From contig SBBC01000020.1 in the NCBI GenBank assembly GCA_005239865.1, positions 1 to 62,972 of the forward strand: 62,972 nt of DNA, given 5' to 3'. Both the position numbers and the translations under genes were made by a program. The notes under the pieces are model-generated. The model did no database searches and was not told the DNA's origin. It saw only the letters and a list, made by a program, of their open reading frames with translations. Positions 34,985 to 45,524 of the stretch are shown here, in pieces; the first letter of the stretch is position 1; every line of letters starts with the position of its first letter. Source of the stretch: Candidatus Microgenomatus auricola (lineage in GTDB: Bacteria; Patescibacteriota; Patescibacteriia; SBBC01).

Positions 34985-36281
34985 GCAATTGCGGATAGCG
35001 CCGGCGCGCGGCAAACTCGGCGTCCTCCTGCCCGGACTCGGCGCAGTCGCGACGACGTACATTACCGGCGTGCTGGCGGTGCGGCAGGGCCGCGGGAAGC
35101 CGTTTGGTTCGGTCGCGGAACTTGGACACATCCGACTCGGTAAGCGAGCCGAACGTCGTAACCCAACCATTCGTGAGGTCGTGCCGCTGGCCAGTCTCAA
35201 CGATCTGACGTTTGCGGGTTGGGATATTTTTCCGGATAACGCGTTCGAGGCGGCCCAGAAAGCCGGCGTGCTTCGCGCTGAACACCTTGAGCCGCTACAG
35301 GCAGAACTAGAAAGGATTCAGCCGATGCCCGGAGCATTCGATCGCGATTTCGTCAAGAAGCTCGACGGTACCCACGTCAAGCGCGGCGGTCGGCGCGAAC
35401 TGGCCGAGGCCTTAATCAATGACATCCATCGCTTCCGGGAAGGTGAGCGCTGCGACCGGCTGGTCATGGTCTGGTGCGGCAGCACCGAGGTCTACCATGA
35501 ACCAGTCGCCGTTCATCGCTCGCTCTCGGCATTCGAGGAGGGGCTCGACCGCAACGATCGCGACATCAGTCCGAGTATGTTGTATGCTTACGCGGCCCTA
35601 AAACTCGGCATCCCATATGCCAACGGTGCGCCGCACCTCAACTGCGAGATTCCGGCTCTGCGCGAACTGGCGGACAAGACCAAGACGCCGATAGTGGGCA
35701 AAGACTTCAAGACCGGACAGACACTACTAAAAACCATCATTGCGCCGGGGTTGAAAGCGCGGATGCTTGGGGTGCGCGGCTGGTTCTCTTCGAACATTCT
35801 GGGCAATCGTGACGGCGAGGTGCTCGACGATCCCGGTTCGTTTCGTTCGAAGGAGGTGACGAAGGGCTCGGTGCTCGACACCATTCTGCAGCCCGACGTC
35901 TATCCCGAGCTCTACCGCGACCTCTACCATAAAATCCGGATTAACTACTACCCGCCGCGCGGGGATGAAAAGGAGAGTTGGGACAACGTTGACGTCATCG
36001 GCTGGCTGGGTTACCCGATGCAGATCAAAGTCAACTTCCTCTGCCGCGACTCGATTCTGGCCGCGCCGATCGTTCATGACCTGGTGCTGTTTCTTGACCT
36101 GGCAGGGCGGGTCGGCCTGCGCGGCGTTCAAGAGTGGCTGGGTTTCTACTTCAAGTCGCCGCTGATGATTGATGCCAAGATCTTGCCCGAACACGACCTG
36201 TTCATCCAGCAGTTGAAATTCAAGAATACGATTCGGACCCTCGCCGGCGAGCGTCCGATTACCCATCTTGAGGATCGGTAA
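34977..36281 (+). CDS. inositol-3-phosphate synthase (myo-inositol-1-phosphate synthase family)
   Basis: N-terminal Rossmann LGVLLPGLGAVATT and conserved SNILGNRDG and KESWDN-type blocks. The 434-aa length fits bacterial/archaeal MIPS. Confidence 0.85.
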   Translation: MAKQLRIAPARGKLGVLLPGLGAVATTYITGVLAVRQGRGKPFGSVAELGHIRLGKRAERRNPTIREVVPLASLNDLTFAGWDIFPDNAFEAAQKAGVLRAEHLEPLQAELERIQPMPGAFDRDFVKKLDGTHVKRGGRRELAEALINDIHRFREGERCDRLVMVWCGSTEVYHEPVAVHRSLSAFEEGLDRNDRDISPSMLYAYAALKLGIPYANGAPHLNCEIPALRELADKTKTPIVGKDFKTGQTLLKTIIAPGLKARMLGVRGWFSSNILGNRDGEVLDDPGSFRSKEVTKGSVLDTILQPDVYPELYRDLYHKIRINYYPPRGDEKESWDNVDVIGWLGYPMQIKVNFLCRDSILAAPIVHDLVLFLDLAGRVGLRGVQEWLGFYFKSPLMIDAKILPEHDLFIQQLKFKNTIRTLAGERPITHLEDR

Positions 36282-37476
36282 CGTGAGCGGTGCTCTCCGG
36301 TTCCCGGAGGGGTTCCTCTGGGGTGCCGCCACGTCGGCGCATCAGGTCGAGGGCGGTCAGGACAACGATTGGACCGAGTGGGAACGTCGCGGCAAGATCC
36401 GCGACGGTTCGGTGTCCGGTCGCGCTTGCGATCAGTGGAACCGCTACGAAGAAGATTTTGAGATGGCCAAAGCGCTGGAGCATAACGCTCACCGCCTGTC
36501 GCTGGAATGGAGTCGGATCGAGCCACGCGCCGAGGAATGGGACGAATCGGCGCTCCAGCACTACCGTGACGTGGTCCAGGCCCTGCGCCAGCGCGGCCTA
36601 GAACCGTTTGTCACGTTGTGGCATTTTACCAACCCCCGTTGGTTAGCCGAGCGAGGGGGCTGGGAGTGGCCCGAGGCGCCAGCCCGGTTTGCTCGCTACG
36701 CCGAGCGCGTTGCCCGGGCGCTACCGGACGTCCGCTTCTGGACGACCGTCAATGAATCTAACGTCTATGCGCTGCTGGGCTACGTGGTGGGCGAGTGGCC
36801 GCCGGAAGTCAAGCGCCCGCTGCGAGCGTACCGCGTCTTTCGAAACTTGGCAGCTGCTCACCGGGCCGCCTACCGTGCTATCAAGCATGTTCGTCAAGCC
36901 GCGCAGGTTGGGCCAGCTATCAATTTCGTGTACTTTCAAGCCAAAACCGACGCGCTCCTTAGCCGATGGATGAAGGGCCTGGCCGATGACTGGTACAATC
37001 GCCGCTGGCTGAGTTGGATTGACTCGACCGCCGACTGGATTGGCGTCAACCACTATGTCCGGACGCTGATCTCGTTCGGATCGCTTTTTCGACCGATGGT
37101 CCAGGAGCAAGGACCAGGCACAAAGACTGACTTCGGCTGGGAGATATTTCCCGAGGCAATGTACCGGGCGCTGAAATTGGTCAACCAGTTTGGCAAACCG
37201 ATCTACATCACCGAGAATGGACTGGCCGACTCGGAGGATCGGTGGCGCCGGCAATTTCTTCACGACTATCTGCGTCAAGTTCATCGCGCCATCCTTAACG
37301 GCATTAACGTTCGCGGCTATTTCTACTGGTCATTGCTTGATAACTTTGAGTGGCGTGAAGGGTTCAACAAGCGCTTCGGGTTGATTGAAGTTGACTTCAA
37401 GACGCAGCAACGTCGGATTCGGCCGAGCGCCGAGTACTATGCGCAAATTTGCCGTGCCAACGCATTGGAGGTTTAA
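36268..37476 (+). CDS. glycoside hydrolase family 1 (beta-glucosidase-like)
   Basis: FLWGAATSAHQVEG, acid/base region TVNESNVY (an NEP variant), nucleophile YITENG. The start is either TTG 36268 or GTG 36283, the latter just after the upstream stop. Confidence 0.9.
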   Translation: MRIGNVSGALRFPEGFLWGAATSAHQVEGGQDNDWTEWERRGKIRDGSVSGRACDQWNRYEEDFEMAKALEHNAHRLSLEWSRIEPRAEEWDESALQHYRDVVQALRQRGLEPFVTLWHFTNPRWLAERGGWEWPEAPARFARYAERVARALPDVRFWTTVNESNVYALLGYVVGEWPPEVKRPLRAYRVFRNLAAAHRAAYRAIKHVRQAAQVGPAINFVYFQAKTDALLSRWMKGLADDWYNRRWLSWIDSTADWIGVNHYVRTLISFGSLFRPMVQEQGPGTKTDFGWEIFPEAMYRALKLVNQFGKPIYITENGLADSEDRWRRQFLHDYLRQVHRAILNGINVRGYFYWSLLDNFEWREGFNKRFGLIEVDFKTQQRRIRPSAEYYAQICRANALEV

Positions 37477-37478
37477 TC

Positions 37479-38345
37479 GTGCCCGAGCTCCCGGAAGTTG
37501 AAACCATCCGCCGCGAGCTGCGAGAAGTGCTGCCCGGACGACGCCTGGTCGACATTCGCATTGGCCTGCCAAAGATAGTAAAACTGCCGGAGCGGAAATT
37601 CGTCAGCACGATCAAACGGGCTAAAATCCTTGATGTCCGGCGACGGGCCAAGCTCGTGCTTATCGACCTGGCCAACGGCTGGACGATCGTCATCCATCTG
37701 AAAATGTCAGGGCAACTCATCTGGCAACCTGTCCGCGGGCAGCTGCGGGTCGGCGGCCATCCAATCCCCGGCGGTTTGGATGACTTGCCGAACAAGTACA
37801 GCCATGTTATTTTCCGAACTGACCGTGGAACGCTGTTCTTCAACGACCAGCGGCAATTCGGATTTGTTAAACTGTTCCGGACCGCTGACTTGAACGATTG
37901 GTTGATTGCGCAAGGGTATGGTCCGGAGCCGCTGGAAGACAGCTTTCGGCTTGATGATTTTCTGGGCTTGCTGCGACGTCACCGGATGAAACGCGTCAAG
38001 CCGACGCTCATAGATCAAACCGTGCTGGCCGGCGTCGGCAATATCTACGCGGACGAAGCCTGTCACTTTGCCAAAGTCAGACCGACTCGGCGGATCATGA
38101 CCATGACGAAGCGCGAACAGTCGGCTCTCTATTACGGGCTCCGCCATGTCATGAACTTGTCGCTCAAGCACCGCGGTACGTCGGCCTATACCTACCGGCG
38201 GGTGAGCGGTGAGAAGGGCGCGATGGAGAGCTTTTTGCGGGTCTACGGCCGCAGCGGCGAGCGGTGCAAGCGCTGCGGAGGTACCATCCAAAAAACCGTC
38301 CTGGCCGGCCGGGGCACGCACTTTTGTCCGAGCTGTCAGCGCTAA
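37479..38345 (+). CDS. mutM: formamidopyrimidine-DNA glycosylase
   Basis: GTG start gives (M)PELPEVETIRREL with the catalytic N-terminal Pro. H2TH region and C-terminal zinc finger CKRCGGTIQKTVLAGRGTHFCPSCQ. Confidence 0.9.
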   Translation: MPELPEVETIRRELREVLPGRRLVDIRIGLPKIVKLPERKFVSTIKRAKILDVRRRAKLVLIDLANGWTIVIHLKMSGQLIWQPVRGQLRVGGHPIPGGLDDLPNKYSHVIFRTDRGTLFFNDQRQFGFVKLFRTADLNDWLIAQGYGPEPLEDSFRLDDFLGLLRRHRMKRVKPTLIDQTVLAGVGNIYADEACHFAKVRPTRRIMTMTKREQSALYYGLRHVMNLSLKHRGTSAYTYRRVSGEKGAMESFLRVYGRSGERCKRCGGTIQKTVLAGRGTHFCPSCQR

Positions 38346-38355
38346 GGCCAGAGGG

Positions 38356-38796
38356 TCAGGGCAGGATCAGCCACAGGATGAGGGTCGCGGTCACACCAAT
38401 CAGCCCGCCGATGACGGCTTCGATTGACGTATGCCCGATGCGTTCAATGACATGGCGAGGAAACTTCGGTTTTTCCTTTGCCGGAAGTTCGCGGATGATG
38501 GTGTTGAGGATGTGCGCGTGTTCGCCGAGGTACATACGGAAGCCGATCGCGTCTCGGACGGTGATGAAGGAAAAAACAAAGGCAATCGCGAAGGCAGCCG
38601 AGTAAATCCCTTCGACAATTGCAACGATGGTCGTCAACGAGGTCACCAGGGCGGTGTGGGACGAAGGCATGCCGCCGTAGGAATTGATCACCCGGAGGTC
38701 AATGCGCTTATTCCGGACGGCCTCGACAAGGACTTTTGAGGCTTGTGCTATCAAGCCGGCCAGCAGCGGGATGACAATGATCTTCGGTACCTCCAT
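38356..38796 (-). CDS. DUF212 / divergent PAP2-like membrane protein
   Basis: SYGGMPSSHTALVTSL motif and about 4 TM helices. Start MEVPKII at 38796. Confidence 0.75.
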   Translation of the reverse strand: MEVPKIIVIPLLAGLIAQASKVLVEAVRNKRIDLRVINSYGGMPSSHTALVTSLTTIVAIVEGIYSAAFAIAFVFSFITVRDAIGFRMYLGEHAHILNTIIRELPAKEKPKFPRHVIERIGHTSIEAVIGGLIGVTATLILWLILP

Positions 38797-38955
38797 GCGA
38801 CGTACTATAGCATACTGTCGTGGTTGCCACACCACCCCGCTCCTTGCGATCCCCGATGAAATCGGGGACGGGGACGACGGGGTGGATAATCTCTGTTTTT
38901 CAGAGGTACTCGCAAGGGCGCTTCCAGCGACAGTCCTTGGTCCTCGAGAAGACGT

Positions 38956-39972
38956 TTACAGTTTGTTTGGTTCCGTCCGCTGCCAATTGTACCAGGAGGC
39001 GGCGACGATTCCGGCGATGATGATGAGGTAGGGAAGCGCCGGGTAGACCGGGTAGCAGCGGTACTGGAAGTAAAACCATAGCGCCAGAATCGTGAGCACG
39101 AGCGGTCCAATCCACCACCAGGCGATCCTCGATTTCCTGATCGGGTAGACGCTCAAAACGAGGAGCACGACGTAGCCGATGTAGAACCAGACCCAGCTGG
39201 CGCGTTGCAACGGCGTGCAGGGCTTGGTCGTGTCCGTTGTTTCGGGTGGTGTCGCGGCCGCTGCGCTTTCGTTTGTGAGCGTCGGGGCGTTGGTATTCGT
39301 TGTTGGCGTTAAGCTGGTCGAGGCATTGGTGTTCCCGGCCGAGCTGGGAGCGTTGACGTTGGAGACAAAGGGAGCTTGTTCGACGAGCACCTCGACCGAT
39401 GACGATTCGTCAGCGCTTCGGGCGATGACCTTGCCTCGGCCGGCGGCGCTGGCGGTGAAGGTGGCGCTTGTTTTTCCAGTTGACGCGATCGTACCGATTT
39501 TCCCCTCGACACTCCACCGGACGGTGAAGTCGGTGACGACATTGTCAAAGGCATCAAACGCCTCGGCGCTGAACGTCAGTGTTTCGCCGTTGTACAGTCG
39601 TTCTGGATCGGAGTTCGGGTTGACCGTTAGGTCAGTCACCGGTCCTGGCCTGACCGTAACCGTGGCACTCGACGTCAAATTATTGTAGTTCGCCGTGATG
39701 ACCCAGTTGCCAGTTTTTCCGGCGGTCAAGACGTTCGCCTTGGTCGTCCCTCGAGGATCGGTCGTTGTGAAGACGCTATTGGTAGTGAGATCGGCTGGTT
39801 CACCGGCGGCGTCAACGCCGGAGACCGTGAAGATCCGCGTTGAACCAGCGGCGGCGGTTACGCTCGAGGGACTGATGGCGATACTCACAATCGGACCGAC
39901 CGCGAAGGCAGGCGGTGTGCCAACGACGAGCATCGCCAGAAGAGCAATCCCTCCAAGGATGCGCGTAGACAT
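38956..39972 (-). CDS. secreted Ig-like (Big_2-type) repeat protein with C-terminal polytopic membrane region
   Basis: Signal peptide, two roughly 90-aa Ig-like repeats (ITANYNNLTSSATVTV), a Thr/Asn-rich linker, then about 4 Trp/Tyr-rich TM helices. Confidence 0.6.
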   Translation of the reverse strand: MSTRILGGIALLAMLVVGTPPAFAVGPIVSIAISPSSVTAAAGSTRIFTVSGVDAAGEPADLTTNSVFTTTDPRGTTKANVLTAGKTGNWVITANYNNLTSSATVTVRPGPVTDLTVNPNSDPERLYNGETLTFSAEAFDAFDNVVTDFTVRWSVEGKIGTIASTGKTSATFTASAAGRGKVIARSADESSSVEVLVEQAPFVSNVNAPSSAGNTNASTSLTPTTNTNAPTLTNESAAAATPPETTDTTKPCTPLQRASWVWFYIGYVVLLVLSVYPIRKSRIAWWWIGPLVLTILALWFYFQYRCYPVYPALPYLIIIAGIVAASWYNWQRTEPNKL

Positions 39973-39983
39973 GGGTGACCTCG

Positions 39984-40667
39984 TTAGGTGGTAAGTGGCT
40001 CGGCGAAGAGGACTAAGCGTTGTTTCGTGGAGAAGATGGGTGTGCAGGTGAAGATCGTAAGTTGCGGTGCTTTGGTATTGTCGAGGATTTCGACCGCGTC
40101 CGGATTCACCACTTTTCGCTTAGTAACTCGGTAATCGTACTCTTTTCCTTGCCAGTAGACAATGATGATCTCGCCTGGCTGCATCCGGTCAAGGAGATAG
40201 AGGGTTTTTGGTCCGGATAGGTATTGGAAGCGGTGACCGGTGAGGACGGTATTGCCGCCCCGATCCGGCGTGGAGGTGTCGGGGAGGTGCCAAATTCCGC
40301 GGTAGAGCGCGCGTTCGTCTTTGCCTTCAACGATTGCCACGTCGACGCCGATCTTAGGAATGACTAGGCGGTTGCCCTTTGGCGGTTCCGGTTTCTTGAC
40401 ATCAGGGATGTCCGGCAGAACGCTCGTGCCGGCGAGCTTTGTCTGGTACGGGTAGACCGGTGCTGGTTTGAAGGTCTCGTAGATGATCCACGGCGAGAAG
40501 GGGATGGCAAGGATGACGAGACCGACGACAATCGCCGCGATTGAGGCAGGTTTCCGGAACCTTGACCACCCTGACCCGGCCCTCGTTCTTCGTGCACCAG
40601 GCCGCCGCTTCGAAGGCGAAGCGGCGGTCGTGCGCTTATTTGTGATTCGCTTCCGGCTCCGTCCCAT
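39984..40667 (-). CDS. sortase (class E-like, predicted LAxTG specificity)
   Basis: Basic N-terminus plus TM anchor, catalytic His in VLTGHRF, and Cys in QLTIFTCTP (TLxTC motif). All neighbouring substrates end in LA(A/T)TG. Confidence 0.85.
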   Translation of the reverse strand: MGRSRKRITNKRTTAASPSKRRPGARRTRAGSGWSRFRKPASIAAIVVGLVILAIPFSPWIIYETFKPAPVYPYQTKLAGTSVLPDIPDVKKPEPPKGNRLVIPKIGVDVAIVEGKDERALYRGIWHLPDTSTPDRGGNTVLTGHRFQYLSGPKTLYLLDRMQPGEIIIVYWQGKEYDYRVTKRKVVNPDAVEILDNTKAPQLTIFTCTPIFSTKQRLVLFAEPLTT

Positions 40668-40696
40668 CCGTTCTTCAGGATGTCCGAGAGCGGAGC

Positions 40697-41347
40697 TTAG
40701 GAGGCGCGGCGGCGAAGTCCGACGAGGCCGGCGCCGGCCAGACCGAGACCTGCCAGGGCAATCAGGAGATCGAGCGCGCCCGGACCAGTCGCAGCTAGTT
40801 CGTCTTCGGCACCGAGGACTGTTCCCGAACTTTCTTGGCCACGTTCTTCAGTTGTCACACCTTGCACAACCGGAATGTTGACGTTGACGGTCGAACGCAC
40901 CGTGACTGGATCGTGATTGCTGGCGGCTACCGTGGCGACGTTGACGTACTCACCATTGGCCGTCACGTTGACGACTTTCGCAGAGTACGACGTGCTCGTC
41001 GTTTGTCCGGGGTCGAGTTGACCCAAAAAGGTGAAGTCGTAGGTATTGGCGTTATTGGTCGTGACGGTGAATCCGATCGGCAGGATGTCGCTGACCTTTA
41101 AGCCAGTGGCCGCGGCCGTACCGGTGTTCTTGATCGTGACCGTATAGGTAACGACGTCGCCGGGCTTGGCCGAGGTGCGGTCAGCGGTCTTCGTCACCTC
41201 GAGGGCCGGCTTCGTCAGCTGAACCGGTTCCTGTGGGCTCGGACCGACGACCTGCGCTCCGGCCAGACGGGCCAGGGCCAGGGCGGCGACCGTCACGCCG
41301 GCTGTCAGCGAGACGCGGAACGGGCGCTTGTGGAGAAGGGTGTTCAT
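40697..41347 (-). CDS. DUF11-repeat surface protein with LAATG sorting signal
   Basis: Signal peptide and a DUF11 repeat (KTADRTSAKPGDVVTYTVTIKNTGTAAATGLKVSD). The C-terminus is LAATG, then a hydrophobic stretch, then RRRAS. Confidence 0.8.
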   Translation of the reverse strand: MNTLLHKRPFRVSLTAGVTVAALALARLAGAQVVGPSPQEPVQLTKPALEVTKTADRTSAKPGDVVTYTVTIKNTGTAAATGLKVSDILPIGFTVTTNNANTYDFTFLGQLDPGQTTSTSYSAKVVNVTANGEYVNVATVAASNHDPVTVRSTVNVNIPVVQGVTTEERGQESSGTVLGAEDELAATGPGALDLLIALAGLGLAGAGLVGLRRRAS

Positions 41348-41413
41348 AGCTTCCTCCCTAGATTATGAGCTTGTTTTGTGAGTAAGGTGGTCATGGGGAC
41401 GCTTGTCTCGATA

Positions 41414-44400
41414 CTACCAAATCTGCCCTGGGTTGCCAACTGCGGATTTGTCCGCTGCCAACGGCCGGCGACGCAGACCGAGCAAGCCGAGCGCCACCAA
41501 CGCGAACCCCAGCATGGCGATGACGAAGTCGATGGTTCCCGGACCGGTGGTCGCCAGACCGCGCACCTTTGGCACGCGGACAGTCAGTTTTGCCTGCGTT
41601 TCCTTCGCCGGCAGTTCATCGGCGGCGACGGTCGCAACGTTGACGTAGTCGCCGTTCTTGGCGTCGGACTCGACGCGGACATCGACGTCAATGACGCGGC
41701 TGCGACCAGGTTCCAGAGTTCCGAGTTCCCAGGTCATCGTCCGGCCCTTGGCATGGACGAAGGAGAGGTCCGGCGGGAGGGTATCAGTGATCACCACGTT
41801 GGTCGCATCGGCGTCGCCCGTGTTGCGTACGGTGATCGTGTAGGTGACGATGTCGCCGGGCTTGGCCGTGGTTGGGCTGACGGTTTTGGCAATCGTCAGG
41901 TCGGGGAGCGCTTCGATGCCGAGGACGACCGGGACGCGGACTTCGACCGGTGCCACCGCACTGACTTCGTTGGTGTTATCGCCCTTGGCTTTGGCCAGGT
42001 TGTCGAAGGTGCCGGCGGCTTGCGTACCGCTGATGTTGACGAGGTAGGTGATGGTGGCGGACTGCCCGGGCGTCAGGTTGCCGACGACGAACGACTTGGT
42101 CGTTGCGCCATCAACCGCGAAGGTGAAGCCGGCTGGCAGCTTGTCCGTCAGGACGACGTTCTTCGCCGTGTCAGTGGCCGTTGCCTTGTTGGTGACAGTG
42201 ACAGAGTAGGTGATGGCCTTGCCTGGATTCGTGAAGGTCTGGACGTCACTGACTTTCGCGACTGTCAGATCGGGCGCTGACGTTACGGTGACGCTGGCCG
42301 AGGCGCTCAAGGGCGGGTCAGTTTCGGCCGAGTCGATGGTCGCGGTGTTCGTGACGATGGTGTTGTTGGTGATTGGCCTGACAGCCCGCGTCACAAAGTG
42401 GACTTCACCGGAGGCGCCCGGCGCTTGAGTTCCGAGGTTCCAGAAGAGACTGTTTGTGGTTGGATTGTAGATGCCGCCGTCTGCGGCCGAGTGGAAGATC
42501 ATATTGGTCGGGATGGGGTCGACAATGGTGAGAGCGGTCGCGTTAGTATTTCCGCTGACCGTCCACTTGATTGTCCAGGTCGTGGTTGTGTCAGCTGGGA
42601 CTGTGGCGGGATTGGCGCTCTTCTGGAGACCGAGAACCGGTAATGCGGCGACGGTTGTCGTGACGGTGTCCGAGACCGGATCGGTTTGGTCAGTATCGAA
42701 GGTGCCAGTGTTCGTGATCATCGTTCCGTTCGGGAGTGGTGAATTTGTTTTCACCGTTACGGTCACGTTCCCGGACTCACCAGGATTCCGCGACCCGAGG
42801 TTCCAGGAGATAGTGTTGGTTGCCGAGTTGATCGTGCAAGCACCAGCGGTCGTACCACAGCCGGCCGAAACGAACGCCGTGTTCGCCGGTACGGTATCCG
42901 TGACTATCGCGTTCGTGACCGGCGCTGGGCCAACCGTCCAGGCGAGGGTATAGGCGAGGTTCTCGCCAGCGACCACAGTCGCCGGACCGGTTTTGTCAAC
43001 GGTAATGACCGGACCGATGTCGTCGTTAGTGATAGTGCAGGTCTTCGTCGCACCAGCTTCGACCGCAACGACGTTGGTCGGTTGTCCATTACACACGATG
43101 CTCGTCTGGATATAGCCCGATGGCAGACCAGTCTCGCTCACCTCATAGATTCCGGCGGGGAGGGTCGAGGTGGTACCACTTTCCGAGCCAGCGAATGGCG
43201 TCACCACGTCGCTGCCGTTCTGCTGGACGTGCATGGTGAAGTCGGAGGCCGTGGCTGTACCGAGGTTGTCGTTGATAACGTGCTTGATAATTTTGAGATC
43301 ACCGCTCGTGACCGAGTTCACGAAGCGGCAAGAGATAGTTTCATCGGTGCCTATGTTGAGGTTAGAGACCGTGCGGTTCACGAGGTCAACCGTCCCGACG
43401 CTCTGGTCGCTCTTGAGGCATTCGATCGAGGTCAGTTTGGTGTTGGGCTTCTGGTTGAGCTCGATCAAACTGTAGGTGCCGTTGAGCACCTCGAACTCCA
43501 AACTGCCGCTGTTGGTCGTGGTTTGGGCGGTCGGCGGGTCCGCTGACGGCGAGTGGTGGATGTCGAACTCCCAGCCGGCCAACCGGTGATCAGGCGTTGA
43601 GCCGTCGAGGTCAGCTGTGCCATCGTTGTTGGTGTCGAACTGTTTCTGAACGATAATCTTGCCGCCGCACAGTGCTTTGGCTAGTTGTGACATCGAAGAG
43701 CTTAGTTGGTCGAAGTCCGTCTTGATAACGTCAGTTGTGACAGCGACGGCGTTCGGTGGAGCGATGTTCAGTCCGGAAATGGCGGCCAGTTTCGGATTGT
43801 TCCAGGTTGGATCTACTGGATTGAAGTCCGGGTCAGTTTCATCCTGGCCAATGCCGATAACGACGATGCGTGTACCGGCGTTCTTCACCAGGTTGGCCTG
43901 TTCGGTCGCTTGTCCTAGTGCATTACCGTCGGTCCAACTGAAGTTCGTACCGCCAGAAGTGTTGTAAGTGTTTGGGCTACCGTCGGTGGCGACGACCAGC
44001 AGGTTCGGTTTGGCTGGTCGGGGATCAAAGGTGCCGAAGCTTTCGGATAAGGCATCTTCCCAGTTGGTCGTGCCACTCCCCAAGCTGTTGAGTTCACTGT
44101 TGATTGCGGTCTTGGCCGCTGCGATATTCGACGTGAACGGTTGGATCACCGAGGCGGTCGTGGAGAACTCAACGACGCTGATGTCTGTCGGGGTTCCGGT
44201 GAAAGCATCGACGAAGCCGACGAGCGCATCCCGCATCGGCGTGACCTCATTGCTCATGCTGTCCATGCTGCCGGAGCGGTCAATGACTAAGCTGATATCA
44301 AGACCGCACGATTGACCGAGCGGAGGGTTGGGAACCGGTTGCGGATTGCAGTTTGGGCCGTCGCCCACAAGCTCCTGTAGCTTCGAGTTGCCGGCTTTGA

Positions 44401-45289
44401 TGGTGGCCGTGGCTGTCCCGGTCGACGGGGATGATTCGTTGAAAGTCAGGGTGAGCGTGGTCGGCAGGCTGGTGTCTTGCAGGCTGTCAATCTTGACCGA
44501 GCCGTCAGCATTAAAGACCAGCGTGCCGTCAGTGCTGCTGGAAGCGGCCTGATTGATGTCGCTTAAACTCCAACAACCAGCGATGTCAACGTGACTGATT
44601 TCTTTGCCGCTGGCTGGCTTGGAACCGTCGATGGTCCAGACGTAGGTCTGACTGGCAGCTGGCGGAGTTGGGGAGTTAATCTCGAAGGTGTAACCGCCGT
44701 AGTGCACTTTGACGGCCACATGGTCGACACCGACCGTGCCTGAGCTGAAGTCATTCTGGATACGAACAGCAAAGTTGGCATTCGAGATTTCTGACGCGTC
44801 CCAAGCCGTTCGACCCCACAGATCGGACGAACCGCCGAGCGTCACAGTGCTGTACGAGCCGCCGAAGCCGTCGGCGTTCTTGCTTGACCCCCAGGAGCTG
44901 CCGTTGTTGTCGGTCAGGTAGACGTTAAGGTTTTTGGTCCCGCTGCCGCTGGCTCGCTTCGCACGAACCTTGACTTCAATCCCGACAACCGATTGGCCAG
45001 GCGGGACTGAAATGTTGAAACCACCGTAACGGTGATTACTCGTATCGTTGAACACGGCATCCGCATCATTTTGGGTGTTGGCATTAGCCGGGTTGGTGAC
45101 CGTTGGATTGAGGTTGGCGTTGGTCGATGGGTTGAGGTAGCCGGTATCAGATAATGCTTGAGCTGGCAGTGGGCGGATTAAGGATCCGACCAAGCTAACG
45201 TTCAAAATCGTGGTCACCCCGACGATGATGTTGAGGGTTTTCCACACTTTCTGCTTGAAGGACTTCCGCTGGATAAAATTGATGGTCAT
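41414..45289 (-). CDS. giant surface adhesin: vWA domain, prealbumin/Cna-B-like domain, multiple DUF11 repeats, LATTG sorting signal
   Basis: 1291 aa from MTINFIQRK. vWA MIDAS-like DISLVIDRSGSM, SpaA/Cna-B-like region (GWEFDI...TYSLIE), at least six DUF11 repeats, and a C-terminal LATTG plus TM plus RRRP. Confidence 0.85.
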   Translation of the reverse strand: MTINFIQRKSFKQKVWKTLNIIVGVTTILNVSLVGSLIRPLPAQALSDTGYLNPSTNANLNPTVTNPANANTQNDADAVFNDTSNHRYGGFNISVPPGQSVVGIEVKVRAKRASGSGTKNLNVYLTDNNGSSWGSSKNADGFGGSYSTVTLGGSSDLWGRTAWDASEISNANFAVRIQNDFSSGTVGVDHVAVKVHYGGYTFEINSPTPPAASQTYVWTIDGSKPASGKEISHVDIAGCWSLSDINQAASSSTDGTLVFNADGSVKIDSLQDTSLPTTLTLTFNESSPSTGTATATIKAGNSKLQELVGDGPNCNPQPVPNPPLGQSCGLDISLVIDRSGSMDSMSNEVTPMRDALVGFVDAFTGTPTDISVVEFSTTASVIQPFTSNIAAAKTAINSELNSLGSGTTNWEDALSESFGTFDPRPAKPNLLVVATDGSPNTYNTSGGTNFSWTDGNALGQATEQANLVKNAGTRIVVIGIGQDETDPDFNPVDPTWNNPKLAAISGLNIAPPNAVAVTTDVIKTDFDQLSSSMSQLAKALCGGKIIVQKQFDTNNDGTADLDGSTPDHRLAGWEFDIHHSPSADPPTAQTTTNSGSLEFEVLNGTYSLIELNQKPNTKLTSIECLKSDQSVGTVDLVNRTVSNLNIGTDETISCRFVNSVTSGDLKIIKHVINDNLGTATASDFTMHVQQNGSDVVTPFAGSESGTTSTLPAGIYEVSETGLPSGYIQTSIVCNGQPTNVVAVEAGATKTCTITNDDIGPVITVDKTGPATVVAGENLAYTLAWTVGPAPVTNAIVTDTVPANTAFVSAGCGTTAGACTINSATNTISWNLGSRNPGESGNVTVTVKTNSPLPNGTMITNTGTFDTDQTDPVSDTVTTTVAALPVLGLQKSANPATVPADTTTTWTIKWTVSGNTNATALTIVDPIPTNMIFHSAADGGIYNPTTNSLFWNLGTQAPGASGEVHFVTRAVRPITNNTIVTNTATIDSAETDPPLSASASVTVTSAPDLTVAKVSDVQTFTNPGKAITYSVTVTNKATATDTAKNVVLTDKLPAGFTFAVDGATTKSFVVGNLTPGQSATITYLVNISGTQAAGTFDNLAKAKGDNTNEVSAVAPVEVRVPVVLGIEALPDLTIAKTVSPTTAKPGDIVTYTITVRNTGDADATNVVITDTLPPDLSFVHAKGRTMTWELGTLEPGRSRVIDVDVRVESDAKNGDYVNVATVAADELPAKETQAKLTVRVPKVRGLATTGPGTIDFVIAMLGFALVALGLLGLRRRPLAADKSAVGNPGQIW

Positions 45290-45524
45290 ACTATTTTCCT
45301 CACATTCCTTAAGGTAAAAGAAGAGCAACGAGCGTCGCACCCTATCAATGACGGGGTGTGCGATGTGAGCGCCGTACCGGATGCCCTCTGAATTGCCATG
45401 ATTAGCGATAATTTGTTGAACAGGTGAGGATAGAATAGGTGCCTAGTTCTTGTCAAGTCCTGCTCGAAGGAGGGAGGATTTTCGTCTTTCCCCCCTCCCT
45501 CTACCTGGGTTCGAGCGAATAGGT

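Noticed and set aside
41378-42280. 300-aa ORF on the plus strand
   Set aside because: It lies antisense to the 1291-aa adhesin and is rich in Gly/Arg/Asp with no motifs. This is a shadow frame of a repetitive, GC-rich gene. The same applies to 42471..42953, 43082..43546 and 46324..46875.
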